Below are positions 48,301 to 59,763 of a stretch of 60,000 nucleotides of DNA, piece after piece (the stretch's first letter is position 1; the number at the start of each line of letters is the position of its first letter). The DNA comes from Botryllus schlosseri. Its lineage: Eukaryota. Where the stretch lies: assembly GCA_051294905.1 (NCBI GenBank), contig CM119372.1:21206001-21266000 (forward strand), written 5' to 3'. The notes beneath the pieces were generated by a model. That model was not told the DNA's origin and ran no database searches. It was given only the letters and a program-made list of their open reading frames with translations. The translations under genes were made by a program, and so were the position numbers.

Positions 48301-51300
48301 TCGGTCACCGTAAATACTATTTTATTCAAATCAAAATTTTTCGATGGCAAGAACTCCGCTTCCACTGGTTGGAATTGAACCAAATTTGGTGAGCATCGTT
48401 TCTATAGACAGCCCAACACTTTCACGGGGTGAACAGAAAATTTTCAAATTTTTTTAATTTATTTATATATAATGAATGGAAACTTTCTTCTCCTGTACCA
48501 AAGCGGTTACTGGCTGGAATTTAACCAAATTTTGTGTGTAGGCTTAAATTAGGTAACCTAACCATTTTATCAAGTAGCCAGTACGATTTGAGAAAAAAAG
48601 TCATTTTTGAAGAGCCCTAATGACCATAGTAATCGACAAAAGGCCATGAATACCACAAACAAACAAACAAACATAGGAATGATCGATAGGACCCTGAAGG
48701 TCATCTAGTCTGATCACACCAGCTACAAAAAGGCACACTTATCTCTATACAATCTGGCTCTGATTGCAATTGAAATCTTTCTAGAAATCGGGAGTCAATT
48801 CGTAAATTCAAAATGCATGTCGACGGCCGCCAACACATACTAATCGAATTACGTGTCCACCGCCGCACAAAATTCCTTCTACGGCCGCAGGTGGGCCACC
48901 CCTGCACTAGACATAGTCAGATGTAATGAATACATACAGGGCAAGGCAGATGTCAAAACGAGTAAGGTCTTTCAATCTAACATCTACCCAGGTCTGTTGA
49001 TATTACCAGTAGTGACCCATGTAACAGTGTTCGATGTTGATCATTCGCTTGTCTTTCATTTGGTGCTTCATTGCTCAGTAGTTCTGGTGCCGATGATGGT
49101 GTTGGATGAGCCAACTGCGCCATCTCCCGCTAACCACGTAAGCTATATAATTGTTCTTTCTGATGGTGTTTTGACATCCGTGTGGCCATTTTACACGATA
49201 TTCTTAACCGTGGGCTGCTGAATGATAGCAAGGCCCGCTTTCTTTCTGGCTAGGCTTTTGTAAGACGCCGCTTGCGCGAATCGGAGCGCGATGAAGAGCC
49301 TAAACTGCCAACAGGTCGACCTCGGTTGAATTCGAATCTGCAACCCATTGGTGTTGCAGTAGCGGATCGTGCTAATACGCTACCCGCCACTAATTTTTCG
49401 ATGGCAATCTCGCACAATTTCGCTATGTCTTACAGAATTTTTAGAAGTGCCGGCACCCGGAAAAGCTCAAAAACAGCAAGATCTGCCGACTTGAAAATGG
49501 GTCGAACGATGAGCTCGTCCACGATGTCCTCGAGGAAGCATCTCAACGAAACCTGCGCTCTGCTTTCTATCAGCGGCGCTGCTACCGCCGTCGCTGCTTC
49601 GATTCCTGATGGACAACATTTTGGTATTTCGTAGCATACGATGTCTAACCGTAAGAAGTTGTTGTTGTGGCCTGATCACGATGTTTCGACATTTGTAATC
49701 ATCTTAGATCAGTTCTATTATTCTTATTGACCTTTCCTTAGCTGCCGTACACTTGCAGCACGGTCCACTTCGGTTTCAGTTATACAAGACACCGCTACCC
49801 TGACGGCAAAAAGGAGCCTGGATAAACCTTCAAGGCTAACGAAAGGATTCTAAAGTTTATAGGACGAGATAGCAAGATAGCATTCGTATCAAATATAGTA
49901 AAGATGCGTAGGCTTACTACCCTATGTGTGACATGAGTAATACTCATTGAGTATCGTTAAAAATCGCCTTGATTCTAGATCAGGTTTAATTTCACCAAGT
50001 TGTTTTCTTCGGCATAGTTTTTTCAACTGGTCGATAATGTAATATACTGATGATATATCTGACATAGTGCGGAGCGGATCGACAAATTCTCTGGTCCGGC
50101 TCCGATCCGGTTGTTCAATTCTCTGGTCCGGCTCCGATCCGACTCCGGCCGTATCAAGAAAAGTACTGATCCGACTCCAATCCGGTCCGGCCAGAAATCC
50201 GGCCCTGCTCGGTACGGAGGTTCCGTGAATTGATAAATATGCCTCGTTTATGTTCACACTGGCTTGGAGGTTACTTACGAGTGGTTGGTTGGTAGTTATA
50301 TAATTATAAAAGTCATGCTTATCCATAAAGATTCTGGCCGGATCAAAAAAGTAGTGATCCGGCTCCGGCCGTAACAGAAAAAGTACTGATCCGGCTCCGA
50401 TCCGGTCCGGCCAAAATCATAAAAATCCGGCCGGATATCCAATCCGGCTCCGGTCCATGCTCCGCACTAGTCTGACAGTGAACGCCTGGTACGCCGCTTG
50501 CAACGTGAGCTAACTGAATTATGGTTATGGGCCTATGTTCCCAAGGGGAGCGCCGGAGCAATAGGACTAGAATAAGCACAATATGAAATGAGCGTATATA
50601 AGGAGACTTTCATGGAAACTGTCCAGTATCGAATCTAGATTACGTTGTAATTTTGGCAGAATGATAGCCTTGCTATCCTGACAAGATAATATCATTATAA
50701 TAACTATAAGACTGAGAAATGGAGCACTTAACTAATTCGATTTCGAATCGAGTATTAAGCTTTCAGTCGAGTCGATTACTCAAGTCCCCATCATGGTAAC
50801 GTTCACGTGAAGTGAAACAATTGAAATATGTAGCTTTTATGAAGGACCAACGAAATGTCAAAATTTATTGTTTGACCCGACCAAGCAGGGGATACGAGAT
50901 GTAGTATGGAATTATATGCTATTCAAGACAAAAAATTACTTCACAAAACAACATAAAGTATATTCTTTTCATCGGTTTTATTAAACACAAAAATTTTCTT
51001 CGCGGGATGATTTCGTGTCTAGCGATTTGGTGCTTTCAATTTGGGTAACATCCCCTCCAACAAAATAATAGATGCACATAATAAAAAAAATAAAGCATAC
51101 AGAAACTTACAGAAAGAAGTCTAGATGTCTCGTTGACTTCAACAGCTATTGAAGCACATTACGTTAATAAATTCATCGAATACTGTTTTGTTCTCTATAA
51201 TTAAAACTAAAAGATTACATTAAATACGACGAATCCTTGTACAGGTTGATAAATACGCGTCTAATGCATCGATTCAGGAATCCGGCCCGCAAGGTACTTC

Positions 51301-54300
51301 ATTTACCATATACGGCCCGCTGACTGGGAGTTGTTGTCCGCCCCTGGTTTTTAAGACATTGGTCGGGAACCTTTTTCGCCAAAGGGTCCCTATTTGCCCT
51401 ATAGTTTCAATTGTAATTCTCAAGGAGCAATATAACAATACCCATCAACTGTGACATCAAAATCGGAGATTCATGACGCCGTGAAAAAACACATATTTTA
51501 AACAGGGGTCGTGTTTTAAACATATACGTTTTAAATTGATTAAATGGAACCCAGGCTCTTTGTGACAATGCAGCGGGTCGTTAATTCACATAGCAGTCGA
51601 CATTTCAACGAGCACGCTTTAGCCTTACGCTCTATGCTGGTAAGAAAGCACCAATACGATAATACTCGTTGTTTAAATAATTCTTAGTTGCAGGGTTACC
51701 TAATTTTAGTACTCGAAAGAATGGACTCGCACTACAAGACTCGAAACATCCTACTTAACACTAGAACGATCAAGTGGCTTTTTTGACGCATTTTCATTTT
51801 TGAAGAGCTGGCATTCAGTCACATCTTACGCTGTTCGGCTGAAACTTCTTGACTTTTATTTATTTTATGTAGGCCACCTTATCCATGATTTTCATCACTC
51901 ATCTAGTACAAATAAAAAAGTTATACACAGAACTACCTAGAACTAGCGAGTGGCTTTTTTGACGCATTACACTTTTTCTACCTTCAGGCATCGCAGTTTC
52001 ATATTCTTGAAAGTGGTTTTGTATCTGATAAACGCAGAAAAGCCGTTTGTAACAACAGAACTTTGTTAATATCGACTCGGTCTAACTGTGTTAGCTACAA
52101 CATCCCTTGTAATAGAAGGCCCAGGATCTTCCTCGTTCTAAGTCACCAAAGCTCTGTAATATTATATTTCTGAAGCTCACATGTTACAGGACATGAAATT
52201 TGAAATGTACCATTAGATCAAGCCGACATCTGTATTGACCATACTAATATACTAGGGTTGTACAAGGGCAAAGGGTCTTTGCTCCGGTCTACGAGATGGA
52301 TCTTCGGGGGGAGAGTGAGCTGAATCTAGTGAATTGAATGCATATGAGGACTGAGGGCATGGGTGCATTATGTTTAGTCAGGCCCTCTCGAAGAACAGAT
52401 TTATGGAAGTCATGATCTTTCCATTGACATAAGGAGTAACAAAAGGTGTGGATTCGATAAAGATAATATGGTTTTCGTTCATTACATGGTCGAAATGCCA
52501 GCAAATAATTGGGGTAAAATGTCAGATGGTGGACGCTGCTGCTACCAAGTATCTGTACAAGGGCGTCTCATATTTAGGCAAGGATAGGACAGGACACCTC
52601 TTCCATAATCTATACATTTGCCAAGCATAGTAATGTGAAGAGTCTGATGTAATCCATCTCGAAACAATGTTACGTGAATGTGGCTGTATACGCTTGGAGA
52701 AGCAAACGAAGTCCTAGTTGACACTATTGTCAAAAGTTGCTTGAAGCTACCCAGGACCAAAAGGAACACAGGCAGCTTCATGTAGCCACACTTTGCAAAG
52801 CTATCATCTTGTTGATAAGCGTAACGGCGAGATGCCAGTGTAGAGATCGAATTTGTACACATATATATTGAGTTCACTGCAACCTGAGGTAACTGTTTCC
52901 TTCAGAAACAACACAAACAAGAAACCAGTGACGGTTAAATGTTATAACGAAACAAAGCCAGGGGGATATTATTGGTCAGGTTGCAAGGCAGTAATCTATG
53001 AGGGTACCAACAAGTCGACGATGGTTCGTGCATGTTTTCTTAGAATGTGAATGATCGTCTACTTGCCAAAATGCCGATACTCTAAAAATATGCAAATCGA
53101 GGATTAGTTGCAAAATTGAATTATGCAAATCTTATCTGATAAGCTTTATGATATGTCAGCAATAACCAACAATGATGATGTGGCTAAGGCCGATCTGGAA
53201 CCTACTCTAAATTTTTAAAGAACGTGCTCAAATACCAAATGCGCACCAGAGCAACACTTATATGTTACACCAAAAAACGGCGATTTGTTTTATAAGTGTT
53301 GACCTAAGGTGTATGTAAAATATTGCAAGTAGCTGTGAGCGCAATAAACAATGGTTTCTGATGCCGTTTGTTGAGATTTGTGCTGATTTTTAGCTCCGGT
53401 AAATGCATTTAATCGAAGTAGATTCAACATGCGTCAAAAAAGCCACATGGTAGTTCTAGGTAGTTCGAAGTTCCGGTAGTTCTAGTGTTAATACTCGATT
53501 CGCGTTCGCGTACTCAAATCATTGTGCTCAACTATAACCTTAACGCATGAGGACGTCACTGAACTGAGTATGCGGTTCCCGGGTATCATAACCTGAAGCG
53601 ATGTGCTTGCTATATAATAATTTATCGAACGATTTTGTTCTGAGGACACGTAAAACCAGCTACGAATCGGGCGGATGAAGATCTCGAAGTGGGTGCTGAA
53701 CGTTCCATGCAAGTGCAATATTCAAATTTATCGGGCAATATCCAGGAGCAAAACATGAGAATCGAAGCGAAGCTTGACTATTTGGTTGGTAACCAGTAAT
53801 ATGGCAACTTCTTTGTAAAGAACACAAACGATTGAAGCGATGTGTGTCAGGTGTATACAATCTGCCACCTGCCAGTCAAATACGGCCTGCATTGAAGAGT
53901 TGTGCGGCCCGCTATAAGTGCCAATGTTGGTTGGTTTGCGCCGCATTGGCATTACAAGTCCTGTTTGATCTCACATCGAATTTTATTGATGTCCGACCAA
54001 TTTTACAATTGATCATTCGTATAGAAATATTGGCCATCATCAGATGAGGTTCTGGCATAACAATATCATTAATATATCGATGTTTTGATCGATTTCCAAT
54101 TGATGATAACGATCCAATTAGCTGCGGACTATAGTTCATTTGTCGTTTTATACTCTTTGCTGATACGGACTCCAAGTCTAATTGTATTATGGTCAATACA
54201 GCGCGCCAAACCCCCCTATTTGTACTAACGCACCTACCATTTAGGTTGCACAAACCCAACATATATAAATGTCATATAGTGGTGGTTCTATGCGGAGTCA

Positions 54301-57300
54301 AAACATAGTTGGATAGAAAGCTGCGTTTGCTTTGTGCTGGCGCGGCACTGAACGAAATGGAAGCATATAAGGCAGGGATGGGCAAACTTTTGAGCTCGCG
54401 GGCCGCATTCAATATTTGAATCCATTCGCAGGTCGCACTATATAAAATTGGCATTATAAACCAAAACGCAATATTGGTATTTGATTATATGGTGAGGACA
54501 AAGGAGATAATATATATGCTCATTTAAAACAATCTAAACATTGCTTTGATGATATCCTACACGCGCCAGAAACAGTGGCGAGATTTCATAGGCTGGACGA
54601 CCTCAATAACCAATTTGTCAAAACTATAGAGTAGGCTTACCATATTTTCGAAATGTAAGAAGAGGACACTTTTTCAGAAATTTCAGACATGCAAAACTGG
54701 AGAAGAATTCTCAAAAACCGGTAAATTTTTCCCACTTCGTGATCGGTTGGTCATCACTTCCGCTCAGAGCTCAAAACAACGGTGTTCTCTCCACATTGCC
54801 AGGTGGATGACTAAAAAAAAAAAAAGGTCTTCTTTTCGCTCAGAGCTAAAATAACCGCTTTTCCCTCCGAAATACCCGCCGGAGCTTCACTTCTGCGCTA
54901 ATTTGCGACATTTCACTCGCAATTTCCTCCAAATCTGACCTAAATTTTCAAAAAAGAGGACAAAATCTCAAAAAAGAGGACAAAAGGGCGTCCTCCGAGG
55001 ACACTTTCAAAAATGTCAAAAAAGAGGACAAATCCTCTTAAAAGAGGACGTATGGTAAGCCTACTATAGAGATGAAGGTAGGTTTTCCCGATTCTTAGAA
55101 CGGGATGGAAATTTAAATCTGTGAGCAGCGATCCGTTCAGATTTACTAATTCCACTTTCGGATCAGTTCCTGGACACACAATGCGGACAGCATCATAACC
55201 ATGTTAGCTTCAAACACGCTTCCACTTCCTTAGATAAAATATAAATACCCTAATTCTGCTCGTACAGAGAACGAATCTACCTAGGGAACGCGCGAATCGT
55301 TTTTTTATAAGCACATCACTGAAATAATTGAAACTGGATTGGCCAATCTGAAATCACACTAGTGATCCGAATTATGAGAATCTCGTTTAGGATTTCTGTG
55401 ATGTCTATCAGTTGAAATCTTTCAACCTGCGCGGGGCCTTGAGATCGGGATGTCGCGCCAGAAATGAAACATAAAAATGATATAGGAAGTATTTACCTTA
55501 GAACAGTGTTCCCAAACTTTTTAAGACACGCCCCCCTTATGATGGTGAAAGATTTCGCACCTCTTATCCTCATATCACAAAACGCAACTAGGATGCCAGC
55601 AAACCTAACGGATAGTTATATGGCATGGAAGGTTACGACTGTGGACGAGAGATTTTTAAATATGAAATCCAGAGTAAAATACAGAGCAACAAGTATGAAT
55701 GGGATGTAGATCGCGCCCATCTTCAGATGCTTTTACCCCTCCCCAAGGGGGTGCGCCCCCAGTTTGAGAACCACTACCTTAGAATTATCATGGTGAAATA
55801 TACTGAGAAACAGTTTAACCAAGTCCCAGCATTAATTCGATTTTTAGTACGCATTTTATCAATATTTTTAATAAGTTTCTTTAGACTCTCACCGGCCGCA
55901 CAGAACAGTGTGGAGGGCCGCATGCGGCCCGCGGGCCGTAGTTTGCCCATCCCTGATATGTTGCGAACAAAAACGCCGGTCCCATTTATACACCTATACT
56001 GTGACTGTTTTCACCAACGGAAAATCATGCAGTCTTGTTTCCGTAGACCGCACTAACGCGACGAAGTGGGGGTTTGGTCCCTGGTAAAGAGCACGACAGT
56101 AGGAACAAGGATGTAAACCTCCGAAAATTGATTGAACAACAGGAAAAGGATATTCTGGAGAAAGACAAAGAAATTGACAGTTTAAAACAAGACATTCATC
56201 TTCTTGTGGTATGTCCAGTGTTCACCTATCACAGAGCGAGATAGTGTAATGGTTATGCGTCCGGCTTCTCGAGCGGTAGGTCGTGGGTTCGATCCCCGGC
56301 CGGGTCATACCAAAGACTCGAAAAATGGCATCCGCAGCTATCCTGCTAGGCGCTCAGCAATCACGGATAGCATGGACGAGAAAAAAACGGGGGCGCAGAC
56401 TAAATGACCTCATGGGGCCGTATCGCAACTCCGTCGACAAAGCATCTCGATGGTGAAGGCGAAAAAGAATATCATATCTCTCTCTCTCTCACACACGTCT
56501 ATATATATAGTCTCAAAATATGCCGAGGAATTAATACTGGGAAATAGATTTGATCATGGAGAAGCCACGTGTTAGCTAGCTTCGTGTATAGTATTGATAT
56601 AGGCACACTAGCCGTCGACAATAATCGGTTAAAAGTAAAAATGATGCTGTGAACTTCCACCCGCGTGTAGAGAAATTCAAGACATATTGAAACCACCTTG
56701 TTGCACAAGTAGTAAATCTTGGATCTGAAATTGTTTTCATGTCGGTCAAATAATGTGAAGAAATATATCGAGGTGACACATCGGAGTCTTGTGTTAGTCT
56801 TGAAAACCATCTTCGCGAATCGCGACTAAAGCAGAATGACTCAATCTCCCACGAATGAGGAAATATATTATATTGCCACGATATATCATCCCTCAATTGC
56901 TTTGACACTTAAACAAGTGATGGAAATCTTTAAAACAGCACTTACTGTAGTTGTAGAACTATTTAAAATATAGGAAACAAATTCCTATGTACACTGCTAC
57001 CGAAAACAGTTCGTTTTATTCTCTAAAATGCGGTAATTTTGCCAATTGGATTGGACTGAGCCTGGAAACGAAATGTTGCACCCGAAATATCGTTCATCTG
57101 ATTTGTACCCAGTTCCGTCCGTGACTATGACTGAAATTGAGCTTGACCGTACAATAATTTATTTACCTTTTCAATAGAATAAACTCACGATGTCAATGTC
57201 CGGCGATGACATGGGTCCGGATGGGTTCGTTCGGTCTTCGTATCCAGAAACGAACCGACGAAAGTCTACAGTCGCCGCCGATATTCGCAAGAGACGCAGC

Positions 57301-57720
57301 AAAGACGACAGCGCGGCAGACGTTCAGAACTTGATGCAGAAATTCAAGTTTCGCAGGCAGACGCACAAGAAATTACCGAAGCGCGGCGGCGGCAAAATCG
57401 CAGAAGGTTCTCGCGACGCGCCTTCTCACAGTTCGCAGCCGGGCGGCGGAAAGTCTGGGATTCGTATGAATAAAAGTTTCCCTTCTGCGAGCGACGTGAT
57501 GACAACGGAGTTCATGATCAACGAGATATCCGAGACCCCGAGAAGACCGGTGCAGAAGTCGCAATCTGAATGCTGCGATTACTTGAAAAACAGTCGAGTG
57601 CAAGACACTACTTTCGATCGGGGAAAATCGCCGCGGACTCGGGGTGAGGGTCGCAATAGTATGGAGGCAGTTGATATCATTTTCGAAAATGATCTTCCGT
57701 CCGCATCTGATATACGGTAG
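12210..57720 (+). CDS. Cyclic nucleotide-gated cation channel subunit (spliced gene, about 15 exons; resembles from memory the invertebrate CG42260-type subfamily)
   Basis: Phase-compatible GT-AG exons give S1 (VIDPEGSLLYAW), S2-S4, S5, pore (TLTTIGE), S6, C-linker (RWYDYSWSRG), CNBD (FTPGDLICRKGEVAREMFII, FFGEIGVL) and a coiled-coil tail. Confidence 0.93.
12890..13078. mobile_element. Short MITE (an inverted copy lies at about 15456-15656)
   Basis: CAATGTTCCCTCTAA...TTAGAGGGAACATTG terminal inverted repeats. Confidence 0.7.
13814..13971 (+). CDS. CNG channel exon 2 (N-terminal cytoplasmic)
   Basis: CAATAG|ATG...CCGTG|GTAAGC; open frame MANKIMPKRMEGDEE...; phase 0 in and phase 2 out bridges its neighbours. 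Confidence 0.65.
14335..14464 (+). CDS. CNG channel exon (S1)
   Basis: VSVIDPEGSLLYAWLALVTLCWTYSIWMLIVRQAFVELQKDSQ|GTAAGA; alternative same-phase acceptors lie 6 nt either side. Confidence 0.88.
16322..16587 (+). CDS. CNG channel exon (S2-S4)
   Basis: [39 protein letters not shown]...RFPRFLKIYR. Confidence 0.95.
17263..17399 (+). CDS. CNG channel exon (S4-S5 linker, S5)
   Basis: RAESRTSYPNMLRVANLCHMLLLLMHWFACFYYMIS; AG/GT boundaries in phase. Confidence 0.95.
17447..17910. mobile_element. hAT-type MITE
   Basis: CAGTGCTTCTCA...GGGAAGCACTG ends with GGGTCGCGACCCA subterminal motif shared with 8149-9370. Confidence 0.65.
18169..18807. mobile_element. Palindromic (foldback) hAT-type MITE
   Basis: TAGGGCTCTTCAAAAATGAC TIRs; whole element is an imperfect palindrome centred near 18490; 8-bp TSD TTGAGCAT; partial copy at about 48170-48619. 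Confidence 0.9.
19178..19331 (+). CDS. CNG channel exon (pore helix and filter)
   Basis: GWAYP...LRRKYLHSVYWSCLTLTTIGEKQSPDTDI. Confidence 0.95.
20225..20283 (+). CDS. CNG channel exon (S6)
   Basis: ACAG|...YVCTLFAYFLGIFVFATVVG|GTGAGT. Confidence 0.93.
20818..20855. mobile_element. 38-bp perfect-palindrome micro-MITE
   Basis: CGGGGCCTACGATATTATCGATAATATCGTAGGCCCCG flanked by the direct repeat CTCAACC. Confidence 0.7.
21756..22595. mobile_element. hAT (Charlie-like) MITE
   Basis: CAGGGGTGGGCAAACT TIRs; 8-bp TSD GTCTACAC; inverted relative at 54373-55955. Confidence 0.9.
26723..26980 (+). pseudogene. Truncated Bcl-2-family (Mcl-1-like) ORF, left arm
   Basis: IIFEAYSLTRNFIMYEL (BH4/alpha1-like) then AERTLRRVGDEIFERHRTVLNAVSKRL, matching the Mcl-1 BH3 pattern TLRRVGDGVQRNH; no BH1/BH2. 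Confidence 0.7.
27040..27990. repeat. ~200-bp tandem array 1, left arm (about 5 units)
   Basis: GATGGAACA..TTTAAAACT recurs at about 27198, 27399, 27598 and 27800. Confidence 0.9.
28400..29560. repeat. ~200-bp tandem array 2, left arm (about 6 units)
   Basis: Same unit at about 28450, 28634, 28840, 29042, 29251 and 29452. Confidence 0.9.
32323..33483. repeat. Mirror of tandem array 2, right arm
   Basis: Reverse complement of 28400-29560. Confidence 0.9.
33893..34843. repeat. Mirror of tandem array 1, right arm
   Basis: Reverse complement of 27040-27990. Confidence 0.9.
34945..35160 (-). pseudogene. Truncated Bcl-2-family ORF, right-arm copy
   Basis: Mirror of 26723-26938, with GTG instead of ATG, a K-to-E change and TAA instead of TAT. 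Confidence 0.7.
41206..41267 (+). CDS. CNG channel exon (end of S6, start of C-linker)
   Basis: GACAG|GQVGNVITNRNVDRLEFERLV|GTGAGC; phase 1 joins the S6 exon across the 20.9-kb intron. Confidence 0.93.
41604..41795 (+). CDS. CNG channel exon (C-linker)
   Basis: DNAKVFMKTKGVSKDMQNRILRWYDYSWSRG...LKVELAIRVNMDTLRK. Confidence 0.95.
42275..42429 (+). CDS. CNG channel exon (CNBD N-terminal part)
   Basis: VSIFKLVQPEFLYALVLKMKSFVFTPGDLICRKGEVAREMFIINHGVLNVV. Confidence 0.95.
42705..43250. mobile_element. hAT-type MITE
   Basis: CAGAGGTGG...CCACCTCTG ends with AAGTA subterminal repeats. Confidence 0.6.
43738..43913 (+). CDS. CNG channel exon (phosphate-binding cassette)
   Basis: VASLGAGDFFGEIGVLNIVNGVNKRVADVVSVGYSEVFSL...MEYYP. 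Confidence 0.95.
43978..44098 (+). CDS. CNG channel exon (C-helix)
   Basis: EAKNLLMIYGRQRF...; 64-bp upstream intron, in phase. Confidence 0.85.
44158..44247 (+). CDS. CNG channel C-terminal exon
   Basis: AACAG|...GCCAG|GTAAAT; open frame, phase 2 in and out; 59-bp upstream intron. Confidence 0.7.
44577..44667 (+). CDS. CNG channel putative C-terminal exon
   Basis: Open frame ending ATG|GTGAGT; converts phase 2 to phase 0 as the next exon requires; weak acceptor. Confidence 0.5.
45044..45250 (+). mobile_element. tRNA-derived SINE (related copies at about 47941-48147 + and 49240-49390 -)
   Basis: GTGGCGAGATAGCGTAGTGG A-box and GTTCGAGTCC B-box head; body shared with 47941 (CCTCCTCGCCATCT...GGGCCGTGCTACAAGTCGGC...CGGAATAA). 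Confidence 0.7.
46433..48904. mobile_element. hAT MITE containing nested foldback, SINE and MITE
   Basis: CAGTGGTGGCCAACC / GGTGGGCCACCCCTG ends; 8-bp TSD CACTAGAC. Confidence 0.85.
46978..47767. mobile_element. Foldback element with telomere-like GGGTTAGGG arms
   Basis: TIR GGCGCTTCTTCGAT...; G-rich left half and C-rich right half; flanks TAATCATT/TAATCAAT. Confidence 0.8.
50065..50469. mobile_element. MITE with TCCGG subterminal repeats
   Basis: TAGTGCGGAGC / GCTCCGCACTA ends; TSD (A/G)TCTGACA. Confidence 0.8.
51759..53487 (+). mobile_element. Degenerate piggyBac transposon
   Basis: TTAA on both sides; CACTAGAAC / GTTCTAGTG TIRs with internal GTGGCTTTTTTGACGCAT repeats; broken transposase remnants GVKCQMVDAAATKYLYKGVSYLGK and KPVTVKCYNETKPG. 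Confidence 0.85.
54373..55955. mobile_element. hAT MITE, inverted relative of 21756-22595
   Basis: CAGGGATGGGCAAACT TIRs; internal sequence is homologous to the reverse complement of 21756-22595. Confidence 0.85.
54632..55063. mobile_element. hAT MITE nested in the previous element
   Basis: TAGGCTTACCATA TIRs; AAAGAGGACA subterminal repeats; 8-bp TSD CTATAGAG. Confidence 0.88.
56047..56208 (+). CDS. CNG channel exon (coiled coil)
   Basis: CCGTAG|TALTRR...LRKLIEQQEKDILEKDKEIDSLKQDIHLLV|GTATGT; 162 nt, phase 0/0; assignment to the CNG gene is inferred from phase continuity. Confidence 0.7.
56232..56490 (+). mobile_element. tRNA-derived SINE with conserved central domain and (TC)n tail
   Basis: TAGTGTAATGG A-box, GGTTCGATCCC B-box, then GGGTCATACCAAAGACT..AAAAATGG...GGCGCTCAGCA. 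Confidence 0.75.
57178..57720 (+). CDS. CNG channel putative last coding exon (low-complexity tail)
   Basis: TTTTCAATAG acceptor in frame with the 176-aa ORF; GC-rich coding-like composition; TAG stop. Confidence 0.7.
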   Translation, partial: NKLTMSMSGDDMGPDGFVRSSYPETNRRKSTVAADIRKRRSKDDSAADVQNLMQKFKFRRQTHKKLPKRGGGKIAEGSRDAPSHSSQPGGGKSGIRMNKSFPSASDVMTTEFMINEISETPRRPVQKSQSECCDYLKNSRVQDTTFDRGKSPRTRGEGRNSMEAVDIIFENDLPSASDIR

Positions 57721-59670
57721 TGCAGGTAGCTGATGGCTAGTCCTGCAAGTGTAATATCGATGGTGATTCGATTCCTAGTCGAGTATGTTACGCCTCGCGA
57801 GTCGGGTCAAGTCAGTCAAGACTATTCGAGTATCCTCTGTTATGACGGCAAAGTATATTTGAAGAGTTAAAATATATATATATATATATATTGCGGTCAC
57901 GCAGGAAAAATGATGCCAGTTGCACTTTACGCGAAATATTCCACAATTATGGATTACCACTTTGTAGCGCTTTGTGACGATTATGAGGGTCGATCACTGC
58001 CGAGTGTGGGGTGGCGCATGAGATGATTTCTCATGGCAAGCTAAATGAATGGACACACGACATGCGTTATATTCATGTTTGCTGTAAAAAATATAACGAA
58101 AGTCTTCAAAATGTAAAACGATGACAGGTGACCAAAATTTATTAGGTAAATCGACATAAAGTAGAGTCTTCTGGGGGAGATTCTATTTATCATGAAAATT
58201 TTCTCCACGCTTCGCGCGATTTAGTAAATTTATTCATTTTAATGTGGGTACCCGAAAAACTTATTTAAAAAAAAGAATGATTAATTTAGAGCAATGACTC
58301 CAAACGTATTAGCAATTATTAGAAAACGGCATGTGCGCTGCTAAAATGATTGGCGCGATGAAACGGTATTGATATGTCGAGATAACCAGCGCCGAATAGT
58401 TATGTGCCCGCATCCCGAGCCGCACGGTGCAAAATGAGGCTTGCGACGAAATGCGAATTTGGAATCGCGTTCGTCTCACGAAAAGAGATATCACTTTAGT
58501 TTTGTCTGGTACGTGTCAGCGATTCCAATGTTTTGAAAAGCGTCAATCTTTACCGTGATCTTTTTAGAGCTTTGTAGACTAACTAGTATCAGACCAACCT
58601 TAGTGTGACATCAAACCGACTTGTATCACGGTTGGAGTCGACACATTTTTCATGATCAAGCCATAATAATCAGCCTTGGTCCGCGTGTCACTTTTTTGCT
58701 ATGATACCGAGCACATCGGAAACGACCAAAGCAACCACAGATGATCGACCTTAGCGCGAATAAATTTTTACAATGATTCAGAGCGGCCAACCTGTGGCCC
58801 ACGAGAAGGTTTCGAGTGGCCCACGAGGTAATTATCGAAATTAGTTATATTATCAAAAAATACCCTGTAATTTATTGTGAAATTGCAACGCCACCCAAAA
58901 ATGTGATTAGCCTGACCGCGAAATACGGGATATTTATGACTGAAATTTCAGCTCCGACGCATTTGGGTAGCCAGGGGCCAGGAATTTAGCGTTACTATCG
59001 AATGTGACTAGTCACATTCGATAGCGTTACACACTTTATTTCGTCGCTACATGCAGACTCATTTCAATACAAACTTTCTTGAAAATCTATCTTTTCAATC
59101 TAGACTTTATTTTTGGCATCTTAAATTTTTATTTTTTGGCAGTTTTGGTTCCCAAAATGCGGATTTTAGCATTAACGGTGGAAACAGGAACCGGATTCCA
59201 TTTTATCGAACAGGGTTGGATCCGGATCCCTAGAAAGCATGATCCGTACATCTCTGCTACGTAGGTTAGTTATCTATAGTATGACATACTCTATACTGGC
59301 ACCTGTCTCCTTATTGTCAATTCCAGAAACCAGGGTGTTGGCTATAAGTGACATTGCTATAGCAGGTAAAAATCGAGATAGTACTATCAATAATACCTGC
59401 ATAAGTGCGTAGTACGGCGTCCGCTATCCCGGTTGTCGAAAACGACAAGGGGCGTGTTCGGGTGTGTGTCAATAGAAACATCAGATACGGCAACAGCAGC
59501 ATCCGAATTGGCAACGAGGGCGCGATCCGATGAACGACTGCACATGTGTAATTTGTGCATAGTACATTACACAAACTGGACAGTACGCAGCCGTCTTTTC
59601 CCTGAATGGCAGTAAGGATACGTTCTTGAGACATTTTCTAGAACTATTCCTTGCGCCATCGTGAAATGAT

Positions 59671-59763
59671 ATGTCGTCGTCTTCCTCTGATGAAGATGAC
59701 GTCACATTGCAGCAAATTCGCGAGGCAGCTTCAGAAGAACTACATCTTGCAATGCAGCCGCAG
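59671..59763 (+). CDS. First coding exon of a downstream gene (possibly CUSTOS/C12orf43-like)
   Basis: MSSSSSDEDDVTLQQIREAASEELHLAMQPQ|GTATAT; the Ser/acidic run followed by REAA recalls the CUSTOS N-terminus (memory only). Confidence 0.45.

Noticed and set aside
49922..50579. 134-aa and 78-aa minus-strand ORFs
   Set aside because: They overlap the TCCGG-repeat MITE; the repeated peptide AGPD.SRISTF derives from its subterminal repeats
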